From: Candidatus Multivorans sp.
GTDB taxonomy: Bacteria > Acidobacteriota > Thermoanaerobaculia > Multivoradales > Multivoraceae
Length of the DNA stretch: 64,000 nucleotides
Direction of reading: 5' to 3'
NCBI GenBank assembly: GCA_965224025.1
Contig: OZ245033.1
Coordinates: forward strand, 608,001 to 672,000
The position numbers and the translations under genes are program-made. Of this stretch, positions 58,030-64,000 are shown one piece after another. How positions within the stretch are numbered: position 1 is the first letter of the stretch; every line of letters starts with the position of its first letter. A model generated the notes under the pieces. It saw only the letters and a program-made list of their open reading frames with translations. It was not told the origin of the DNA and did no database searches.

Positions 58030-59730
58030 GTGCGTCTGCTGCTGCTCGGCGCGGCAGTTGTGTGCGCGCAGGGGGCCTTCCCCGGTCTTGCCGCGCCGGT
58101 TCGGGCGCAAGCGATCGAGGCGCCGATCGATGTACTGGACTACCGCTTCGAGCTGAAGCTCTCCGATACCAGCGACGAGATCGAGGGCCGGGCGGCGATC
58201 GGCTTCCGCGTTCTTCGGGCGGTCTCGGAGGTCGAGTTCGATCTGGATGATCCCGACGGAGAGGCTGGCGGCGAGGCCGGTGGCGTCGAGGCGCCCGGCG
58301 ACGGAGGGCAGGCGGCGGGCGGCATGGTCGTGTCCGCGGTGGCGCTGGCTGAACCGCCGGGGAGGACCTCGGACGCCGAGCGTTCTCTGTCGTTCCGGCA
58401 GGAGGATGGTCGTCTCCATGTCCACCTGGGCCGCGAAGCCGGGGCCGGCCAGGTGTTCCGGATCGAGGTGCGCTACCGCGGCGTGCCCGCCGACGGCCTG
58501 ACCATCGGCGTGAACCGGCACGGCGACCGGACCTTCTTCGCCGACAACTGGCCGAACCGGGCCCACCACTGGCTGCCGGTGGTCGATCACCCGTCGGACA
58601 AGGCGCTGGTCTCGTTCGCGGTCACCGCTCCGGCGCACTACCAGGTCGTCGCCACCGGAGCGTTCGTTGCGGCCATCGACCTGGAGGAAGGCCTGAGGCG
58701 GACCGAGTGGCGTAGCCGGGCGCCGGTCGCCACCAAGGTCATTGCGATCGGCGCCGCGCGCTTCGTCCGCCACCGGCAGGGGGTGGTGGACGGCGTGCCG
58801 GTGGAGACCTGGGTCTACCCGCAGGACCGGGAAGTCGGCCTGCGGGCGTTCGCGCCCGCCGCCCGGGTGGTGGGCAAGTTCGAGCGGCGGCTGGGCGAGT
58901 ACCCCTACGCCAAGCTCGCCAACGTGCAGACGACGACCCGCTGGGGCGGCCTGGAGAACGCGGGCAACGTGTTCTACGACGAGGACGCGATCGACAACGA
59001 GAACGGGATCGAGACCTTGATCGCCCACGAGGTCGCCCACCAGTGGTTCGGCGACGCGGTGACCGAGAGCGACTGGCCGCACGTCTGGCTCAGCGAGGGC
59101 TTCGCGACCTATTTGACCGCCTGCTACCTGGAGTGGACCTACGGCCGCGACCGCTTTCGCGGGCAGATGGACGCGGCGCGCGAGCGGGTACTCAAGTACC
59201 TGGAACAGGCGCCGGACTCGGTTATCGTGCCGGAGGCCGTGCCCGATCCGCGGCGTCTCCTCAGCCCGAACGTCTACCAGAAGGCCGCGTGGGTGCTGCA
59301 CATGCTCCGCGGCGAAGTCGGCGGAGGCACCTTCTGGAAGGGCATGAGGACGTACTACCAGCGCTTCCGCGATCGGAACGCCTCGACCGCCGACTTCGCT
59401 GCAGTCATGGAGGAGGTGTCCGGCCAACGGCTCGACTGGTTCTTCGATCAGTGGCTCTACCGGCCCGGCGTGCCCGAACTCGAGATCGAGTGGAAGTTCG
59501 ACGCCGCGGCGTCGACGGTCGAGTTCGATGTGAGGCAACTCGGACCGACGATCTACCGGCTGCCGCTGGACGTGGAGGCCGTGCTCGCCGATGCCGGTAC
59601 CGTGCGCGGACGAGTCGATGTCGAGGGGGAACGAACCGCGGCGACCGTGCCGGTGCCCGAAAGGCCGGCGCGGCTTCTGATCGACCCGGACGGCTGGCTG
59701 CTGATGCGGAACGCGACTGTTCAGAAGTGA
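58030..59730 (+). CDS. M1-family zinc aminopeptidase
   Basis: GGLEN, HEVAHQWFG..WLSEGFATY, VYQKAAWVLHMLR. Start uncertain (GTG 58030 follows GGAG). Confidence 0.94.
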   Translation: MRLLLLGAAVVCAQGAFPGLAAPVRAQAIEAPIDVLDYRFELKLSDTSDEIEGRAAIGFRVLRAVSEVEFDLDDPDGEAGGEAGGVEAPGDGGQAAGGMVVSAVALAEPPGRTSDAERSLSFRQEDGRLHVHLGREAGAGQVFRIEVRYRGVPADGLTIGVNRHGDRTFFADNWPNRAHHWLPVVDHPSDKALVSFAVTAPAHYQVVATGAFVAAIDLEEGLRRTEWRSRAPVATKVIAIGAARFVRHRQGVVDGVPVETWVYPQDREVGLRAFAPAARVVGKFERRLGEYPYAKLANVQTTTRWGGLENAGNVFYDEDAIDNENGIETLIAHEVAHQWFGDAVTESDWPHVWLSEGFATYLTACYLEWTYGRDRFRGQMDAARERVLKYLEQAPDSVIVPEAVPDPRRLLSPNVYQKAAWVLHMLRGEVGGGTFWKGMRTYYQRFRDRNASTADFAAVMEEVSGQRLDWFFDQWLYRPGVPELEIEWKFDAAASTVEFDVRQLGPTIYRLPLDVEAVLADAGTVRGRVDVEGERTAATVPVPERPARLLIDPDGWLLMRNATVQK

Positions 59731-59754
59731 CCGCGCAGTACCATCAGGTCAATC

Positions 59755-60390
59755 ATGCGGCACACGGAACCCTCGGCGGCACAGGACTTTGAGCGGGTAC
59801 ATGCGGATAGCGCCTTCGGCGCCGTCCTGGCCGATCCGCCCTGGCAGTTCGTGAACCGGACCGGCAAGGTGGCGCCGGAGCACCGGCGGCTGAGCCGGTA
59901 TCCGACCCTGACGCAGCCGGAGATCGAGGCGATCCCTGTGGCTTCGGCCTGCGCCGGGGACGCCCACCTCTATCTCTGGGTGCCCAACGCTCTGCTGCAG
60001 GCAGGCCTGGACGTGATGGAGCACTGGGGCTTTACCTACAAGACGAACCTGGTCTGGCACAAGGTGCGCAAGGACGGTGGTCCCGATGGCCGCGGGGTCG
60101 GCTTCTACTTCCGGAACACGACGGAACTCGTCCTGTTCGGGGTCCGGGGCAAGCTGCGGACGCTTCCGCCGGGCAGGCGGCAGGTGAACATCATCCGCTC
60201 GCGCAAGCGGGAGCATTCCCGCAAGCCGGACGAACTCTACGAGATCATCGAAGCGTGCAGCCCCGGTCCGTACCTGGAGCTGTTCGCCCGCGGCCTCCGC
60301 TCGGAGCGATGGACCGCCTGGGGCAACCAGAGTGCCGACTACGAACCCGACTGGCCTACCTACGCGAATGCCAGCGGCGGCCGCCGCTGA
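59755..60390 (+). CDS. MT-A70-family N6-adenine methyltransferase
   Basis: LADPPW catalytic motif, HLYLWVPN, WGFTYKTN, EHSRKP, LELFARG. Confidence 0.93.
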   Translation: MRHTEPSAAQDFERVHADSAFGAVLADPPWQFVNRTGKVAPEHRRLSRYPTLTQPEIEAIPVASACAGDAHLYLWVPNALLQAGLDVMEHWGFTYKTNLVWHKVRKDGGPDGRGVGFYFRNTTELVLFGVRGKLRTLPPGRRQVNIIRSRKREHSRKPDELYEIIEACSPGPYLELFARGLRSERWTAWGNQSADYEPDWPTYANASGGRR

Positions 60391-60401
60391 AGGAGCTTCC
60401 C

Positions 60402-60689
60402 ATGTGCCGCAACATTCGCGTCCTCTACAACTTTGAGCCGCCGGCCAACCACGAGGAAGTGCGCGCGGCGGCGCTTCAGTACGTGCGCAAGGTCAGCGGT
60501 TCGACCAAACCGTCGCGCGCCAATGCGGCCGCCTTCGAGCAGGCCGTGGACGCCGTCGCCGACGCGACCGCCCGGCTGCTCGGAGAACTGACCACGAACG
60601 CGCCGGCCCGCAACCGCCAGGTCGAGGCCGAGAAGGCGAGGGAGCGCTGGCGGCGGCGCCAGCAGCGGGTGGCCGCTGCTTCGGGCTAG
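60402..60689 (+). CDS. DUF2277 domain protein
   Basis: MCRNIRVLYNFEPPA..EVRAAALQYVRKVSG..KPS; AAGGAG SD. Confidence 0.92.
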   Translation: MCRNIRVLYNFEPPANHEEVRAAALQYVRKVSGSTKPSRANAAAFEQAVDAVADATARLLGELTTNAPARNRQVEAEKARERWRRRQQRVAAASG

Positions 60690-60724
60690 GCGCGGCAGAA
60701 CTCCCAGAGACCGGCGCTTCGCGC

Positions 60725-60755
60725 CGGATGCGGGCCAGAAGGCCCGCGCACCCAG
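60725..60755. repeat. REP-like palindrome between convergent genes
   Basis: CGGATGCGGGCCAGAAGGCCCGCGCACCCAG; inverted relative of 28049-28075. Confidence 0.8.
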
Positions 60756-60766
60756 TTTCTGCCGCG

Positions 60767-62035
60767 CTAGCCGGCGGCCGCCGACTCCGCCCGCATCACG
60801 TCGTCGTAGTAGTCGATCACGCGGCGCACGTAGGCGCGCTTGTCGAGGTAGCCGCCGGGGTAGAAGCTGCGCTTGAAGCCGTAGATGATCACGTTGCGGA
60901 GGTCGTCCTGGGACAGGTTGAAGGCGTCGCAGGCGGAGGCGATCTCCTTGGTTACCGTGGTGCGTGACATGAGTCGGTTGTCGGTGCAGAGAGTCACCGA
61001 GAGGCGGTCCGCGATCATGCGGCCGAAGGGGTGGTCGGCGAACTTTCGCAGGTTCTGGATGCTCTGCAGGTTCGAGGTAATGCAGACCTCGAGGGTGATG
61101 CGGCGGTCGCTGATGTACTGCGTCAGGCTGCGGATGTAGCGCTCGGGATCCTTTGCCGCGGTCGAGTTCGGGTTGTCGTGGCGTAGCCGGTCCGCGGCGT
61201 AGAGATGCGTACCGTGTCCGATCCGGTCGGCGCCGAGCAGTGTGATGGCCTGGTAGATGCTCTCCGGCCCGTAGGCCTCGCCGGCGTGGACGGTCTTCAT
61301 CAGGAAGTTCTGCTGCGCGAACAGGTAGGCGTCGCGATGCAGCGAAGCCGGATTGCCGGCCTCGGCGCCGGCCAGGTCGAAAGCCACGATGGGCAGGCCG
61401 AGACGGTCCCGCGCCTCGACCACGGCTCGGGCCAGGGACAGCGAGGCCGCGGCGTGGACCTCCGGCTGCGTGAATCCCTGGAGGGCCGAGTAGAGCCCGC
61501 GGTAGTAGGGGCTGTGGCTGGGCGCGAACATCCGCAGCGCGCAGGCGATGATGCCGTAGCGGAAGGGCGGTTGGGCGCCGCTCTTGACGCCGTCGGTTGC
61601 CTCATGTTCCTTCCGCACGCGGTCCAGACCGCGGTCCACGGCCGCCAGGACGCCTGCCGTGTCGAGGTCGGGGACGGTGTGCAGTTGGGGCGCCAGCCGG
61701 ACCTCGACGTAGCAGACGCCCTCGGCCAGGTTGTCGGCGCCGAGTTCGTAGGCCGCGCGTTCCAGCGCCTCCGCGGTGCATAGCGCCGGCGACGTGTACG
61801 AGAACGCGCGGAGGTAGTCCTCCAGGTCGTCGTAGGTCTCCTTGAAGACGAGTTCCAGCAGACCTTCCGGAGTCTGGGAAGGCAGTTCGAGCCGGGCGTC
61901 CCGGGCCAGCTCGATCAGGGTGTCGAGGCGCAACGAGCCGTCGAGATGAACGTGGAGGTCGGTCTTCGGCAGCTTGCCGATCAGGTCGGCGGCCGGGACG
62001 GGTTCCTTCGGGTCGGTATGATTCGCAGTCTGCAT
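60767..62035 (-). CDS. add: Adenosine deaminase family protein
   Basis: LPKTDLHVHLDGS, FDLAGAE, TVHAGE, RIGHG, CTDN. Confidence 0.93.
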   Translation of the reverse strand: MQTANHTDPKEPVPAADLIGKLPKTDLHVHLDGSLRLDTLIELARDARLELPSQTPEGLLELVFKETYDDLEDYLRAFSYTSPALCTAEALERAAYELGADNLAEGVCYVEVRLAPQLHTVPDLDTAGVLAAVDRGLDRVRKEHEATDGVKSGAQPPFRYGIIACALRMFAPSHSPYYRGLYSALQGFTQPEVHAAASLSLARAVVEARDRLGLPIVAFDLAGAEAGNPASLHRDAYLFAQQNFLMKTVHAGEAYGPESIYQAITLLGADRIGHGTHLYAADRLRHDNPNSTAAKDPERYIRSLTQYISDRRITLEVCITSNLQSIQNLRKFADHPFGRMIADRLSVTLCTDNRLMSRTTVTKEIASACDAFNLSQDDLRNVIIYGFKRSFYPGGYLDKRAYVRRVIDYYDDVMRAESAAAG

Positions 62036-62211
62036 AGCGCAGTGTACAGGCACCTTGTGAATTGGCGACTTGCTGGGGAGCGAGACGATGAGGACGACCA
62101 GACGTTCCTTGCTGCGCGCCGAGTACCACAACGGCTGGCAGTTCCCGCAGTTGATGGGTGCCGAAGCGTCGGCCGGCTGAGTCGCCTTCGGGAAGCGCCA
62201 AACGCCGCTTG

Positions 62212-62244
62212 CCCTGGGAACGCGGGCATCCCTGCCCGCATCCG
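62212..62244. repeat. REP-like palindrome
   Basis: CCCTGGGAACGCGGGCATCCCTGCCCGCATCCG is the inverse of the 32-mer at 32051, plus one C. Confidence 0.85.
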
Positions 62245-62289
62245 GACTCTGAGCCGCCTGGGATCCTGCGTTCGCCCTGAGACCTTGAC

Positions 62290-63201
62290 ATGATCTCCCT
62301 CGAAGACCGCCGGCTCGGCGCCACGACCATCCTTTTCGGCGCCGGCGGCGGCAAGTACCCCGACAACAACGCGTTGCTGGTGGAAGGCGCCGGGTCGACG
62401 ATGCTGATCGACCCGTCGCTCGGGGTTCGCGTCCGCGGCCGGAGCGCCCTGCCCACCGTGGATCTGGTTCTGCTCAGTCACTGCCACGAGGATCACACCG
62501 CGGCGCTGCCGCTGTTTCGGGACGCGCCGGTCCACGTCCACGAGGAGGATATGTGCGGCCTCCTCGACTTCGACGGCTTTCTGGACATCTTCGGCGTCGA
62601 ACCGGAGAGTCGCGAGGAGTACGGGCGCTACCTGCAGACCACGTTCTTCTACGAGCCCCGGCCGGACGCCGTCCCGTTTCGCGACGGCGACCTGTTCGAC
62701 CTCGGCGGCGGCGTGTCGGTGCGCGTGATCCACACGCCCGGCCATACCCGGGGCCACTGCTGCTTCCTGATCGAGCCCGACGACGTTCTGTTCCTGGGGG
62801 ATATAGACCTCACCGGCTTCGGCCCCTACTACGGCGACGCCTGGTCCGACCTCGAAGCCTTCGAACGGTCGCTCGAACAGGTGCGCGGCATCGAAGCGGC
62901 GCACTATGTCACCGGCCACCACATCGGTTTACTCGACGACCGGGCCGCCTACCTGGGCCGCCTCGACCGCTGCATCGGGCGGATTGCCGATCGCGAGGGG
63001 CGCCTGGTCGAGTACCTGCGGGCGCCGCGGACGATGGACGACATCGTCGCTCACCGCTTCGTCTACCGGCCGCACGATCAGGGCGCGGGCATCCCGAAGG
63101 CCGAACGGCGCAGTGCGCAGCTCCACCTCGACCGTCTCGAGCGCGCCGGCCGGGTCGAGCGCAGGGGCGAGGCGTACCGGGCGCTCCACCAACATCCTTG
63201 A
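62290..63201 (+). CDS. MBL-fold metallo-hydrolase
   Basis: SHCHEDH, HTPGHT.GH, FLGD, TGH. Confidence 0.93.
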   Translation: MISLEDRRLGATTILFGAGGGKYPDNNALLVEGAGSTMLIDPSLGVRVRGRSALPTVDLVLLSHCHEDHTAALPLFRDAPVHVHEEDMCGLLDFDGFLDIFGVEPESREEYGRYLQTTFFYEPRPDAVPFRDGDLFDLGGGVSVRVIHTPGHTRGHCCFLIEPDDVLFLGDIDLTGFGPYYGDAWSDLEAFERSLEQVRGIEAAHYVTGHHIGLLDDRAAYLGRLDRCIGRIADREGRLVEYLRAPRTMDDIVAHRFVYRPHDQGAGIPKAERRSAQLHLDRLERAGRVERRGEAYRALHQHP

Positions 63202-63232
63202 TCAGGGAACGGAGTCGATGAGGAGGCCACGC

Positions 63233-63865
63233 ATGACGCTGAGTACGAGTCTCTTGGGCTCGGAACGCGTAGCGCGCCTCGGTGCAACCCTGATCGGTGT
63301 GACCCTGATCCGTGTGATGCTGATCGCCGGACCTCTGGCGGCAGCGCCTCCGGCTGAAGCCGAGCCGGTTGCCGAACAACTCCTCGATCCGGACGACATC
63401 TACCCGGTGACTTCGGACCAGTTCCAGGCCATCCTGGATCATCATCGGGGCAAGGTGGTCATGGTCAACATCTGGGCGACCTGGTGCAAACCCTGCCTGA
63501 ACGAACTGCCGGCCCTGAACGATCTGCAGAAGAACTACAGCCCGCGGGGTCTGGAGGTGCTCGCGGTCTCCGTGGACGATCCCAGGAAGATGAAGAAGAT
63601 CCGCGAGTACTTCAAGGAGCGCGCCCCCGATCTGACGTCCTACGTGGCAGTCGGCCCGCCGCCCGAGCGGGGGCGAAAGGGGAAGAAGCAGCGGTGGGAG
63701 GACTCGAGGAAGTTCATCCGCGCCTTCTATCAGGACTGGCCGTCCAAGTTTCCGACCACGCTGATCTTTGATGCAGAGGGGAAGCTCAAGGAGACCGTGA
63801 TCGGCTCGCGGAGTCACTTCCAGTTCGCAGTGTTGCTGCAAGGCGTGTGGGAAGACGGCGCCTGA
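63233..63865 (+). CDS. TlpA-family thiol-disulfide oxidoreductase
   Basis: GKVVMVNIWATWCKPC, cis-Pro FPTT; AGGAGG SD before ATG 63233. Confidence 0.92.
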   Translation: MTLSTSLLGSERVARLGATLIGVTLIRVMLIAGPLAAAPPAEAEPVAEQLLDPDDIYPVTSDQFQAILDHHRGKVVMVNIWATWCKPCLNELPALNDLQKNYSPRGLEVLAVSVDDPRKMKKIREYFKERAPDLTSYVAVGPPPERGRKGKKQRWEDSRKFIRAFYQDWPSKFPTTLIFDAEGKLKETVIGSRSHFQFAVLLQGVWEDGA

Positions 63866-63959
63866 CGAAACGTCGCATCGGGGTCTATACTGCTGATCGC
63901 GTCAGGTTTCCTGCCGGCCGTTCCGGGCGCCGATCGTCCCATCAGGTAGGAGGTTTGGA

Positions 63960-64000
63960 TTGACCCTCAAGACACTGGCCCCGTTCTTGGTCCGGGCTTC
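63960..64000 (+). CDS. 5' start of an unidentified gene (truncated by the window)
   Basis: AGGAGG SD then TTG ACC CTC AAG. Upstream CTGACG-N18-TATACT promoter-like pair (63862-63891). Confidence 0.5.
   Translation, partial: MTLKTLAPFLVRA

Overview
A very GC-rich chromosomal segment with about 50 genes. The PadR plus tandem ADOP-type permease cluster and the Oar-like TonB receptors suggest an Acidobacteriota genome (inference). From left to right: three tandem MacB/ADOP permeases with padR, divergent from an ABC ATPase and an MFP; a PSD1-cytochrome/DUF1501 pair with a tiny Zn-ribbon gene; DUF924, cytochrome c, a TonB receptor, an MNT-HEPN pair, a PQQ dehydrogenase, a PHP/DUF3604-like protein, DUF3500, NRAMP, three amidohydrolases and beta-propeller proteins; a deleted IS3 with a small island encoding a Cys/Pro-rich peptide; ybdK, ggt and a 1315-aa MFS-TonB-receptor fusion with an internal signal peptide (the standout feature); vapBC, ligD/ku, an orphan infC with an ATC start, an SSS transporter and IS1634; then frmA, an aquaporin, an M1 peptidase, an MT-A70 methyltransferase, DUF2277, adenosine deaminase, an MBL hydrolase and TlpA. 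A REP-like palindrome family occurs about 12 times, including in-frame inside genes. Four single-base frameshifts may be sequencing errors. I saw no rRNA, tRNA or CRISPR array. All calls come from motif recognition by eye, not database searches.
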